NCBI RefSeq assembly: GCF_006345805.1
Contig: NW_021835548.1
Span: forward strand, 1-39,567
Direction: 5' to 3'
Source: Octopus sinensis
Lineage: Eukaryota
Length of the DNA: 39,567 bases
Shown here: in pieces, positions 23,686 to 37,173 of the stretch
Position numbering within the stretch: the stretch's first letter is position 1
Layout of the letters: each line of letters starts with the position of its first letter
Translations under genes and position numbers: made by a program
Notes under the pieces: model-generated
What the model was told of the DNA's origin: nothing
What the model saw: only the letters and a program-made list of their open reading frames with translations
Database searches by the model: none

Positions 23686-23859
23686 GGCGCAGGAGTGGCT
23701 GTGTGGTAACTAGCTTGCTTACCGACGTCATGGTTCCCGGTTCAGTCCCACTGCGTGGCACCTTAGGCAAGTATCCTCTACTATGGCCTCGAGCCGACCA
23801 AAGATTTGTGAGTAGATTTGGTAGACGGAAACTGAAAGAAGCCCGTCGTATATATATAA

Positions 23860-23890
<31 letters not shown>

Positions 23891-24150
23891 TGTTGTATGT
23901 ATGTATGTATGTATGTATGTATGTATGTATGTATGTGTGTGTGTCTGTCTGTGTTTGTTCCCCCAACATCGCTTGACAACCGATGCTGGTGCGTTTACGT
24001 CCTCGTAACGTAGCGGTTCGGCAAAAGAGTCCGATAGAATACGTACTAAGATTACAGAGAATAACTCCTGGGTTAACTTCGCTCGACTAAAGGTGGTGCT
24101 CCAGCATGGCCGCAGTCAAATGACTGAAAGAAGTAAAAGAATAAAAGAAT
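23686..24150 (+). mobile_element. SINE family B, full length
   Basis: ggcgcaggagtggctgtgtggtaa head, ggttcagtccc B-box-like motif, internal (TATG)n, tail gtaaaagaataaaagaata. Confidence 0.9.
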
Positions 24151-24180
24151 AAGCGACAGAGGCAGTATTAGTACCGAGAA

Positions 24181-25073
24181 GCAATATGTATCCCCACCTA
24201 AACGTAGATGTTCTGTTAGAACTAATTTTATTGCGGTAGATATACCATAGTAAAATGAAAAATAATAAATCTCGCGTATAGGCTTTTGGGACTACCATGG
24301 TAATCTCAGCATTGGATAGATATGATGGGGCTTTATCGTCCCGCTAGTTATATAGACAAGGGTGCATTTTATAACAACAGCCTATATGAGATTTTCTCTC
24401 ATGCAGTTCCGTCAGTTGACTTTTAGAGGCCCCTTGCAACTTTTCGTTTCGAGGTCCCAACCCTTCAATCAGAATTCATAATCTACGCACCTTTTATTCA
24501 TAGCTATACAATACTTTATTCTATCTGAAATTCAATATTTCACATTATCCTAAAGAACATCTTTAAAAGTAAAAATTAAAATTTATTTAGGTCTGTTACG
24601 AATTTCAATTAGCAAAACTTCCAGATATGAATAAAAGAGCATTTTTATAATCCAGGCAACTTTTGAAGACAAACACGGCGCACTTTTCACTTTGCAAAAT
24701 CATTGATCAGTTCAGAATAATCAAGCTGAGAGCTAAGTTCGTGTTCGCTAGATATCATAGACAATCCACAAAGTCTGGGATACATTCGTGGTACAATGTA
24801 ATATTTTTCCAAGAACTTTGCAGGTACAATGTATTACCATTTAATTTCTTGAAATTTTCAGTTAACATAGTTTAATTCCTGTTCAACTTCTTAACCATAA
24901 TAAATAGATGACTCATCTACGTCATTTGATCTTAACATGGGGCCCCTCAACCGTGAAGGCCCCTGCGACCGTGGGGATTGCAATGATTTAGCGACGGCCC
25001 TGCTCTCATGGTATCTACTGCAGTATAGTTCGTTCTAACAGAACATCCAGGTTTAAGTGAGAATAATATTACC
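24181..25073. mobile_element. Host MITE with about 65-bp TIRs, interrupted by the hAT MITE
   Basis: 24181-24246 (aaacgtagatgttctgttagaact...gcggtagata) is an imperfect reverse complement of 25010-25073. Confidence 0.75.
24404..25002. mobile_element. hAT-type MITE with 8-bp TSD
   Basis: TSD ctctcatg at 24396-24403 and 25003-25010; imperfect TIR cagttccgtc / gacggccctg; subterminal ggcccc motifs. Confidence 0.85.
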
Positions 25074-25413
25074 ACTTTGTCTTCGTCCTTTTTTTTCGAG
25101 GTCGATAAAATAAGTTACCATTCAAGTAATAAGTGTCGATTAATGACTTGCCTCCTCTAGAATTTCTGACCATGTTCCAAAATTAAAAGAGACATGTTTA
25201 CGAACCTCAAGTCTTTGAGTTCAAACCCTGCTCTAGCTTTCCCCCACCTGGCTCAGTGAAGATAGGATATTGAGTTTTAATATATACACAGGGGATCCAG
25301 TTACTGCAGGGCCGGATAAGGGGTTGTTCATTCGATTACTGGAATGTACATTATTCTTTCGATATAGATGGATAACATTATTCTTTCGATATAGATAGAT
25401 AGCATCTATATCA

Positions 25414-25722
25414 AGTAATGCTTAGTGGCTAGCGTATGCGGTTCACGAAAGTATAGTCGTGAGTTCGAATCCCGGCGACACGTTATGTCCTTGAACCGGA
25501 CATTATATTTCACGTTGCTCTGTTCCACTCAACTGGTAAAAATGAGTAGTGCCTGGACTTCAAAGGGCCAGTCTTGTCACACTCTGAATCTCCCTGGGAA
25601 CTACGTTAAAGGTACGCGTGCCAGTGGAGTGCTCAGCCACTTGCACGTTAATTTCACGAACAGGCTGTTTCGTTGATCGTATCAGCTAGGACCCTCGTCG
25701 TCGCAATCGACGGAATGCCAGA
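25414..25722 (+). mobile_element. SINE family C (tRNA-like head with CAC loop; Meta/V-like central segment)
   Basis: B box gagttcgaatccc; tgtccttga...ttcacgttgctc...aaaatgagtag; tail ctcagccacttgcacgttaatttcacga shared with the copy at 22940-23030. Confidence 0.75.
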
Positions 25723-26229
25723 TATAAAATAGGTTAAAATCCTGGCACAAGGCCAGCAACTTCTCTGGAGGGCCTAAATGGACTCGGTGGAATTAGAATG
25801 TATTGCATAAAAACGGGTGAAATATCGTTTATTATTTTGCCCGGCGCACCAACGTTTCTGCCAGCTGGTCCCCTTTACAGTGTAATATAATATAAACAAT
25901 AAAACGAAATCGGTATACTCGATTCCCCAACGGTTTTGGAAATTCAATGCTTCGTAGCGATGGCAGAGATTTTACGTGGTCTGTTGGCCATAAAGACAAA
26001 GTCACCATCAAACTTGAAACTTTACTGCCTTTAATTGTGAAAACCGTGTTAGGTGAAATCATTTAAGTTGAGTATGTGGCTGAAATCGAGATCAAAGGAT
26101 AGGTTATGGAAGAGGTGGCAGATAGCGGCGAAAACACTCGGATTAAATAAGCGATTCGATGATCAAACGATTGGTCACACTGATAATTAATCAATTATGT
26201 AACTAATTAATTAAAAATAATTATATCTG

Positions 26230-27057
26230 ATTTTGGAACACTAGCTGTACTTTTGGGCGGGGGGAATTAGTCAATTACATCGGCCTCAGTTATTGGAAGT
26301 ACTTTATGTTTCCGACAGGGAAGGGGTTATTTAAAAGCAAAATTGACCTAGGAATGGTTTGAAACCAGAATCTAACGAGCGAGAATACATACCACTGAGC
26401 TTTGTTCGACGCGTTGACAATTTTACCAGCATATTTCCCATAGTGTTTTTCAGAATAACTCTCTCGAATTTAGCACAGTGACAGCAATTCTGCGGGGGAG
26501 AGCACATCGATAACACCGATCCTACTACTCAATTGATAATCATTTTTTCCAACCCAAAAGAATGAAAATCAAATCGACCTCGGCAGTATTTGAACTCAGA
26601 ACGTAAAGACGGACGACAAGCCGCTAAGAAATTTGCCCGGTCGGTAAGCGAATTACTTTGCCAGCTTACCGCTTTAACAAAGGCTTCAAAGTAGGGTTAC
26701 ATCGACCCCCATTACGTAAATGGTACTATTTTATCCAGCCTGAAAGAATTAAAGACAAAGTCGACCTCGGCAACATTGGAACGCAGAGCATAAAAACAAG
26801 GAAGAAATGCAGCTAAGCAATTTGTCCGACGCGCTAACGTTTCCTAAACAAGGTTAATAATTATTTCAAATTTTTTCCACAAGGGCAGCTTGGGGGAGGT
26901 GGGGACGAGTCGATTACACTGGTACTTATTTTATCGATCCAAAAGGATAAAAGGTAAAGTCAACCTCAGCGGAATTTGAACTCAGAACGTAGCGACGGGT
27001 GAAATATCGTATAGCATTTCGTCTAGCGTGTTAATGATTCTGCCAGCACGCCGGCTT
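26230..27057 (-). mobile_element. Tandem cluster of about 4 degenerate SINE family A copies
   Basis: Four successive units with catcgac...tcgacctcggc..atttgaactcag...gctaag motifs. Confidence 0.8.
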
Positions 27058-27090
27058 GTTAGCAAGGATAAAAATTCTTTATACTATGGG

Positions 27091-27121
<31 letters not shown>

Positions 27122-27264
27122 ACACTCACACACACATACAAATAGAAATAAGTTTAACGGTATCTTATACATTTGTATGTGTGTATGCGTATGTGTGTGT
27201 GTTATAGCGCGTATATATATATAGTGGATATAAATATATATATACATATATATACACTATATAG

Positions 27265-28053
27265 CAAGATTGGCTATGTGGTAAGTAGCTTCATTACCAA
27301 CCACATGCTTCCTGGTTCAGTTCCACTGCGTCGCACCTTCGGTTAGTGTCTTCTATAGCCTCAGGCCGACCAAGTCCTTGTGAGTGGATTTGGTACCCGG
27401 AAACTGAAAGAATCCTGTCGTATGTATGTGTGTGTGTGTGTTTGCGTGTGGTGTCTGTGTTTGTTCCCCACCGACCATCGCTTGACAACCGATGTTGGTT
27501 TGTTTACAAAAAGGGAGAGGACCAATAAAATAAAGTACCAAGCTTAAAAAATCAAGTACCGTTCTCGATTAATTGGACTAAAAATTTTAATTCGGTGCCC
27601 CAGTATGGCCAAAGACTCAGTGATTGAAACACGTGAAAGATAAAATGGAAAAGTTGTCCTCATTAAACTGCCAAATGCCAAATTTTTTTCATTTAGTGTG
27701 AATCATGTAAACATTTTTCTTTGAGTAGCTTTTGTCACTGCGTGGATGGGCGAACGCACCTCTGTGTGTGTGGGTGTATATATATATATATATATATATG
27801 TACACAAACATGTGTGTGTGTGTGTGTGTATGTTTGTATTTCTGTTTTTGTCTTCCAAACATCTCTTGACGACCGACGCTGGTGTGTATACGTCCCCATA
27901 ACCTAGCGGGTGGACAAAAGGACCGATAGAATAAATACTAGGCTTATAAAGAATAAGAACTGGGATCGATTTGTCGACTAAAAGCGGTGCTCCAGCATGG
28001 CCGCAGTCAAATTACAGAAACAAGTAAAAGAATAAAAGAATATATCGCACGTG

Positions 28054-28084
<31 letters not shown>

Positions 28085-28470
28085 AAGAGTATCGATGTGG
28101 TAAGCAGCTTGCTTCCCAACCACATGATTTCAGGTTCAGTCTCACTTCGTGGCTCATTGGGCAAGTGTCTTGTACTATAGCCTTGGGCCGACCAAAGCCT
28201 TGTGAGTGGATTTAGTAGACGGAAACTGAAAGAAGCCGTCGTATATATGTCGTATATAAATGTCTGTATTTGTGTGTCTGTGTTTAACCCCCTACCATCT
28301 TTTGACAACCGATGTTTGTGTGTTACGTCCTCGTAACTTAGTGGATCGACAAAAGGGCCCGATAGAATATGTCCCAGGCTTACAGAGAATACGTTTTAGG
28401 GGTAGATTTGTTCGACTAAAAGCTTGCTCCAGCATTGCCGCAGTCAAATGACCGAAACAATTAAAACAAT
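27265..28470 (+). mobile_element. Three successive SINE family B copies (about 27265-27645, 27835-28040, 28080-28470)
   Basis: Each matches 23686-24150 in whole or in its 3' half. Confidence 0.85.
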
Positions 28471-28487
28471 AATTGTCTTCTACTCTA

Positions 28488-28670
28488 GGTACAAGGCCCG
28501 AAAGTTTTGGGGAAACGGGCCAGTCGATTACATCGACACCAGTACGCAACTGGTAATTAATTTATTGACCCCGAAAGGATGAAAGGCAAAGTCGACCTCA
28601 GCAGGATTTGAACTCAGAACGTGAAGACAGACGAAATATTGCTAAACATTTCTGCCAGCTCGTCGCCTTA
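28488..28670 (-). mobile_element. SINE family A copy
   Basis: Reverse-complement match from tail variant to head (ctgccagctcgtcgcctt). Confidence 0.85.
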
Positions 28671-29327
28671 AAAAGAATAAAATAAAAAGCGTGTGTGTGT
28701 GTATGTGTATGTGTGTGAGAACTTGTGAGTGGGTGTGTTTTTTTATATCTCTATGCTTGTGTGTGTGTGTGTGTTTGTGAGTGTGTGAGAGTGTTTGAGT
28801 ATGTGAGTGTGTCTGTACATGTGTGTGTCAACGTAGATGTGTGTGTGTGTGGATTATTGATGGATGGATGTGTGTGGATGGACAGACAGGCAGACTGTCA
28901 GACAGACGGACAGCCAGCCAGACAGACAGACAGACTGACAGACAGATAGATGCATATACATACAATGTTATCATAGCAGGAATGTGTGTAAATACGTGTC
29001 TATGAATGTAAACATGGCTTAATTACTCGCTGTAGTGAGCGTGTCTGTGTGTCTCTGTGTGTGGGCGTGTAAGAGTGTGTGTGTGTGTGTGCAAAAGTTT
29101 GTACTTGTGTGCGTGTGTATGTGTGTGTGTGCTTGCATTTTATTGTCATACGGATGTACATAGACATTTATCGATATATTAATAAGTGAATGCATGTATA
29201 GCCCAGAATATAGGAATAGATACGTATACATATATTTACACACACGCACATATAATATAAACACAGACATACAAAAAGTCACATATATACCCCGATGTGC
29301 TTACATCGATTTGCGAACAAATATTGT

Positions 29328-29614
<287 letters not shown>

Positions 29615-29710
29615 CGTAGTTTGCTTTAGTTTTACATGTGATCATAACAATAATATATAAAAAAAACATTTTCTGTGCATATATTGTTCGTAAATACAGT
29701 CAATAATAAT

Positions 29711-29742
<32 letters not shown>

Positions 29743-29922
29743 CATATCCATATATACATATGCCCACATCTACATACATACACACACATTATATATCGCT
29801 GTGCATATGTGAGTACGTAGGTGTGTGTGTGTGTGTGTGTGTGTGCGTTATTTACATACGTGTACATAGTCTTCGTGAGAACGTTATCCTCTCTACGAAC
29901 AGTAATCCATTTGGTGCAGATC

Positions 29923-30894
29923 TCAGCTTAGAGCAGTCCCGTCATCCGAGTCCGGACTAACTTTAGTCAGGCAGAAACACCTCAGGTTCTTCCGAAATGC
30001 TTTACTCCTACTCATGTATACAATAAAATTGATGCAACAGTTACTCTTGATAAATGTCAACGAATAGCATTTAGCTTGGGCCAATACAACACTGTCTTTG
30101 TACAATCTCTGGAAAAAGAGAACTAAAGAAAATGGCGACCAGTATAGAAGGAATAAACCGAAAATTAACGCCATCATTTTCGTTTTGCGTATATCTGCTT
30201 TATGATCTGACTCTCCTTCTGTGTCTACGCTCTCCCTCTGTTTAATGACGGCGTCTATATGTCTGAAAGCCACTTTGATCACTCTGCTGTAACAGAAGAT
30301 CGTAAGCGAAATAAGACACACAACCCATAAGGAGCAGAAATACGAATACCATGTTACCCATATGCGTGAAGGGTCGCACTGTACGCCAGGCGTCCATTTG
30401 TGGTCACCCATCAATGGGATGCTGGCCATAACCAAGCTGTAGACTCTGGCGGCAATAATCCCGGCAATGAGTCTTGGGTAAGTGACGAATTTATTGTAGT
30501 TGAACGGATGTATAATAGCAATGTAACGCTCCAACGAAATGAAAAACAAATTGAATATCGAGTTTGAACCGGTCATATTGTGTAAAACGAAACGCAACAA
30601 ACAAAGTACCTTGTTTTGTCCCAGCGAAGTGTTGTAGAGAACGTAAATGTCATAAGGTAGAATACATGCTCCCATGAATACGTCATCAAAAGCCAGGCTT
30701 ATCACCAAGTAGTTGCCCACGTTTCGTAACTCCTTCGACTTTGAGACGAAATAAACGATTATAAGATTTCCGGCAATGGCAGGTAAAATAAGCAGGGAAT
30801 CAACAATGATGGAAAATGTTCGGTAAGGTTCGTCATAGTAAGGTCCGTTGTTTATCACAAGACTCCCGTTGCTCAAACTGTCATTTATCTCCAT
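29923..30894 (-). CDS. Intronless class A (rhodopsin-family) GPCR, 323 aa, orphan or opsin-like
   Basis: ATG in ACCATGG context; N-terminal N-glycosylation sequons; seven hydrophobic segments with GN (TM1), SLAxxD (TM2), C3.25, ISLERY, YWSP (TM6), NFIVY (TM7), helix-8 AFR and CxC. Confidence 0.95.
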   Translation of the reverse strand: MEINDSLSNGSLVINNGPYYDEPYRTFSIIVDSLLILPAIAGNLIIVYFVSKSKELRNVGNYLVISLAFDDVFMGACILPYDIYVLYNTSLGQNKVLCLLRFVLHNMTGSNSIFNLFFISLERYIAIIHPFNYNKFVTYPRLIAGIIAARVYSLVMASIPLMGDHKWTPGVQCDPSRIWVTWYSYFCSLWVVCLISLTIFCYSRVIKVAFRHIDAVIKQRESVDTEGESDHKADIRKTKMMALIFGLFLLYWSPFSLVLFFQRLYKDSVVLAQAKCYSLTFIKSNCCINFIVYMSRSKAFRKNLRCFCLTKVSPDSDDGTALS

Positions 30895-32600
30895 GGTAAT
30901 TCCTCTCCCCACTCTTTCTCTCTTTCACTCTCTCTCACTCCCTCTCTCTCTCTCTCGGTCGCTCACGTGGTTTATCTTCCTTGGCTTTCTTTTTTATTTT
31001 TCTTATCTTATCCTCCTCTACTCTCCCACTGTTTCTCTCTCACTTCCGGTTTATAACTGGCCAAATGTAAATACTGATATATTGCTTTACAAAATTATTA
31101 CATGTCACTGGAGCTTTTTCAAATACGACTTTGAAAACTCTGCTGTTGTTGTTCAATAACCATATCTCAATATTAAAACGCTTCTCAGTTCAATACAGAT
31201 AACACACTAATGATACAATTTATGATCGATCACAGGTGTTTGATTATCTTCCATCGATTGTCTTTATAATATTGTCCTCCTATAATAACGATCCATAGAT
31301 GTGTCGTTTCTCACTTGTAAAACAAGAAAACATTCCCTACATAGGTAACGTGTCAATGAACTGTTTCTGTCTAAATGCAGCTTTTAATCATACTTTGCAG
31401 GTCCTTGATTTGCAGTCGTAATAATCTCCCTCGGCTGCTAACTCTTCAGTGTTATTACAATTATAATTAATGAAACGATAACTATATGCACGTAGGTGAG
31501 TTTATATTAATAAACCATATGTTTGCAAGTAAGAGAGTACATCCAACCGAAAATGTTCAGAGACAGTTTAAAGATATTTTTGCACTGCATTAGTAATTTC
31601 AGTGGCTTCCAAAAATGAAATGCTGATAAAAAAAATATTCATATTTTTTAAAGTAACTTCTCTATTTTCGGCAAGCAATCAGGTGTCTAAGATACTAACA
31701 AATACCGGAAGCAATTGAAGCAGAATGTCTGTTTGTGTGAAGGTAAAAACATTGACTCCAGATAAACGAAGGATTGTGTTGGTATGTAGTAGGTATAAGA
31801 CATTCGCAGATGATAATATGCAGGATTGCTGTGAACAAGAGAAAACTCGAGGACTTTCGATCAGAGCCTTCAATGAGAGTTGTGTTGTGAGTTACAAGGA
31901 AAATAGTTGAGTTTAAATAATTAACACTTGCAAGACACTATAAGCTGAAATCCAAATGATTGACTTACTCAGATTGCAAAAAAGCTTTCAAGCATACCTG
32001 CTCTTGTTTAACATTCAAAATATGTCATATATATGAATAGAATAGGAAATGCTGCGTAAAATCTTAGAAATATTCAAAATTGTTATTTTTTTTTCCTTTT
32101 AAATCATTCGTGATTGAAATCGCTCAGTCTCTCAGAGAAGATTTCGTGTATTCGTGTTTTATTTAACAACAGACTGGTTCTCAAAAAATGTTATGCAATT
32201 ATCTTATTGATATTATATTTATATATATGTATATTATATACTGTATATATTGTATGTATGTATATATATATATTCAATATATATACGTATCTGAATATAT
32301 ATTCAATAATAATGTATGTGTCTGTGAGAATATGGTGTTATATTATATAATATATCATGCATACGCACTGGCGTCCGTCTGTAGGTGTGTAGTCATATGA
32401 TATATGTCTTTGCATCAGATGTCTCAGCCTTTTTAAAACTTTGCTATCTCTTCTTCATGATCCAGCGGAAGAAAAAGTAAACAATGAAGGAAACATCGAA
32501 AAAGACCAATACGTTCTTAAATGGAATAAACATTGTGTGGGGGATTAGTAATATAAAAGAATACACGAACGCATTAAATGAAACGGATCAAACTCCAAGT

Positions 32601-32662
<62 letters not shown>

Positions 32663-33390
32663 TGTTTGTATATTCTTCGGTTACGTTTTCCTGTAGGGGT
32701 TTTTTGCTGATGATCACCAGTTGACACGCTTAATGTTCAGCATCAATTTATATGAGCGTGTGTAAATGATTGTAAATGATGTTTTTTATGTAAGTTGATC
32801 TTGACCAAAGCCACTTACAACTGACTGTTCTATGCCCAGTACAAAGCTGACTCGGACCGTATTCCGTGTTCGTAAATGCCTCCACAAATGCGAGAAAATG
32901 CTTTCGATAGTGGGAGGGGAAAAGGCGAAGAGTTTATTTAATGGTTAATAGAATGTTTATGCAAGCCAACAACAGCTTTGTTTTGAGTGTAAAACTATAA
33001 AATGTAAAGGATAAAAAAAAAAAGGAAAATAACGAGGTATAATTTCAATAGAAAAAACTGAAAGGAAAGATAAAGCTGTAAGACAAGTAACTGGACAACA
33101 ATAAGAAGAAAAAGATGATGATGACGGTGAAAAGGATGATCATGGTAATGGAGTCTACCAGGGTGGGGGTTGGCAAAAAGAAATGCGATGTTGTCGATGG
33201 CTGGAGTGGAAGCGGGAATTGATAGGGGTGGTGGTGATGATGGTGGTGGTGGTTGTGATGGCGATGGTAAAGAGGATTAAGATGATGGGTTCTATAAACA
33301 TCCACCTCCGTTCAATAAGGTCGCCATGGAAACTCGGGATTTCATTTACGAAAGGTAGATAATAATAATAATAATAATAATAACAACAAC

Positions 33391-33430
<40 letters not shown>

Positions 33431-33801
33431 TAATAATAATAATAATAATAATAATCTGGTGGTATTAGTGGGAACAATGAGGATAATAGCACTAATACTA
33501 CTACTAACACTACTACTAACTACTACATAGAATTTTAACCATAATATTTCAATATTATTTAAGCAGTAGTATTTTAAAGGTGCGCGTGTGAATATATATG
33601 TATATACAAATTTATATGTATACACACATACATGCATACATACATACATACATACATATATATGTATATCTGTATTTACACACACACGCATACAAGCAAA
33701 TATATGTATGTGTGTCTGTGTGTATACATATATATGAGGGGGAGTATGTATCTATGCACGTATATATATATCTATGTATGTACGTTTGTACACACACACA
33801 T

Positions 33802-33836
<35 letters not shown>

Positions 33837-34222
33837 AATGTGTGTGCATGTATGTATGTATGTATGTATGTATGTATGTATGTATGTATGTATGCGTATA
33901 CTTTGTATAACCAATTACACTAAGTAACCACGAACGTTAAGAAGTCTGTGTGAATGTAATTAAAAGTATTAACTAATGACCAACACAAACAACAATATAT
34001 AGAGGTAAACGTATGAAGACACGCATGCTCACTCGTACACCTTTACATATCCACGTGCCTATATGAACAGTGTTTACATATATTTATATTTGCATCCTTG
34101 AATATATCGATTTACCTGTATAACTATTGCCTAGCCATCAGCCTTTCTATTTCGCATCTGTCTCCCTTTAAATCTACCTGTCCTCATTTCTATCAATGTA
34201 TTTATATATCTATCTATCTATA

Positions 34223-34276
<54 letters not shown>

Positions 34277-34487
34277 CTATTTATCTTTCTAGCAATCCAT
34301 CTATCTACCTATTTATTTCTTTATTTACCTGTCTGCCTCTCTATCTATTCTTATATCAATTTACCTTTCAGTCTATCTAACTCTGTCTGTCTATCATCAA
34401 TCTATCTATCAGTTTGTCTGTCTCTCCACATATCATCTATAAATCCTTACTTATACCTGTCTATGCATCTATCTATTTATCTCTCTG

Positions 34488-34541
<54 letters not shown>

Positions 34542-34869
34542 AATCTTCTCTATCAATCTATTTATCTACCTACTTATCTTTTATTTCCCTAATGCAACTT
34601 AGTTCACGATGCACTTCATATCTCACATCACACATCCCAAACACTATGCTAGAAATAACTGCGAATTTTCTTTCAAATCACATCGTGACTTTCCCAAAAT
34701 ATTGAACGGCAGGTTTAAACTGGATAACATCGTTTTGCGCAGACAAATTTGCTAAACAAAAGAGTAAAGAAAGACATCAGATGAATATGGCAGACCCAAA
34801 TATGATACTCGAACGGGGATAACCTTAAATAAAATTGAATAAAATTAACATCGACGACAAAGACAATAG

Positions 34870-35160
34870 CCAATCACATTCCACTTCGTAACCACGTGGT
34901 TTCGGACTTAGTTCTACTCCTCTGTGTGACACTTTGTGGATGTGTCTTCCATTATAACCGCTGACCGACCAATGTTTTTCAAGAGAATTTGGTTGATGAA
35001 GACTGTGTGGAAGCCCGTTGTATATCTATATTTAAATTGTGCCTGTGTTTGTGGCCTCCCAACCGCTTGACAACTGGTGCTGGTATGTTTATGACCCTGC
35101 AACTTAGCGGTACGGCAAAAAGTGTCAGATAGAATGCCAGACTTAATAAATAATTTTTCA
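34870..35160 (+). mobile_element. SINE family B, degenerate
   Basis: cgcttgacaactggtgctggtatgtttat...aacttagcggtacggcaaaa. Confidence 0.7.
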
Positions 35161-36357
35161 AAACTTGTGTACCTAGAATGTTTCATCATGTAGTGAAGCA
35201 GGTTAGTAGGCACTTCAGCTCCTTACAAAGCGACCCCAGACTGGCCCGGGGCAGCCTGCCAATGTAGGTCAAGTAAATACCTCAAACCTGCATGATCTTG
35301 TTGTTTCAGATGTTGTGACCCTGGGCCATATGTTTCTACCATCCTCAACGTTCGTTCTCACTGCACCAATCATCTTCTCTCTTCAGTCAGCTGGAATGAC
35401 TTACTTTCAAAACAGCTAACAAAAATTCTCCGGAAACCATTTTTTGTTTTCTTCTCACCTAAACCAAGGGACCCAAGAATCTTGTTCTTAGGAAAATTTG
35501 CTCGACTAAAATCCTTCTAGGAATTGTCTACAATATGTATCAAACTTTAAAAATAATTAAATACTTGTGTCGAGTCGATTTGTTCGATTAAAGGTTTCAA
35601 GATGTTTCCCCAGCATGTCTGCTGTTCAATAAATGAAAGAAGTAACAGGTGAAAGATAAAAGCAAAACGGTTGCATGCGATGTTTTCATAATGGACGCCA
35701 TTTTTGCTTTCGTTCAACGAAGAAGTATTATGATGGTGTTTTATGTTTTGCTAATCCGAACTTAAGTTTTCTTTTGATAGCTGGATGTTATCGTGTTCGA
35801 TAAAGGAATGGCTGCGCTACTTTTGTCAGACGAGCAGACAACATAAATCGAATCAGGTGCTGAGGCAGGGGGTCGGAGAGAAAGGGTCAGAAATGCAAAA
35901 CAAAGAGGGAAAAAACACTAATGCTTCAAAGAGATTTCGTATTATCTCACGTCGTTTTTACCTTATCAAATCATGTTGATACGTTCGGATGAGTGAATGT
36001 CGACAAACATGCTATACATACATGTTGTTACGATCAGAGCAACACAGCTAAACACACAAACGTATGCGTACGTGCAATGACGTACGTGTGTACACGCGTG
36101 TGTAGTTGTGTGTACGTGCATGTATATGAGCATTGAGTGTTTTTAAGCATATATATATAAACACAGACACACAGACATACATATACCTATGTGTGTGTGT
36201 GCGTGAGTGTGTGCAGGTGAGTTTATGTATGTTTACAGATAGGTAGAATGAGAGACAGATAGATAAATAGATGGATAGATAGATGGATAGATAGATAGAC
36301 AGACAGACAGACACACAGAAGGACAGACAGACAGATAGGCAGGCAGGTAGTCGGACT

Positions 36358-36415
<58 letters not shown>

Positions 36416-36446
36416 CAGGTAGTATATATATATGTATATATATGTA

Positions 36447-36500
<54 letters not shown>

Positions 36501-36521
36501 TAGATAGATAGATAGATAGAT

Positions 36522-36690
36522 ATGTTTCTTTATTAGCCACACAGGGCTGCACACAGATAGAACAAATTACAAGGTAGAGCTTTTCTTTTGAAGGTTTAAA
36601 AAATAAATAAATAAATAAATAAATAAATAAAAAATAATAAAATAACAAATAAAATAAAATAAAAAAGGGGGGTCGATCAAAAGGGATCGT
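36522..36690 (-). mobile_element. Probable 3' end of a retroelement embedded in (GATA)n
   Basis: The minus strand ends cagccctgtgtggctaataaagaaacata and is followed by (TCTA)n. Confidence 0.45.
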
Positions 36691-36755
<65 letters not shown>

Positions 36756-37141
36756 TAGATAGATAGATGGATAGATAGACATACGGATTGACAGACAAAT
36801 AGATAGATAAATAAATAGATAGATGCGTAACACCCCCGTCATGTTGTTCATCGGTTGCTAAGTAACTAAGTTAGTTGATGTTTTCAAACTCCATTCTGTA
36901 TTGGTGGGTGTATACAATAATATGGAAGAAAATAAAATACATACATACTCCATACACAAACCGAAACATGTATATATGTGTGTGTGTGCGCGCGTGTATA
37001 CTTACATAGATAGAGTATATATATGTGTGTGTGTATATATATATAATATATATATACATATATACATGCATAAATGCACACACATAAGCACACACACACA
37101 CACATGTATATCCACAGGTAAATATATAAACACAAGTTTAC

Positions 37142-37173
<32 letters not shown>

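Noticed and set aside
30895-30912. GTG start of the 329-aa GPCR ORF in the track
   Set aside because: In a eukaryotic gene the ATG at 30894, in ACCATGG context, is the plausible start.
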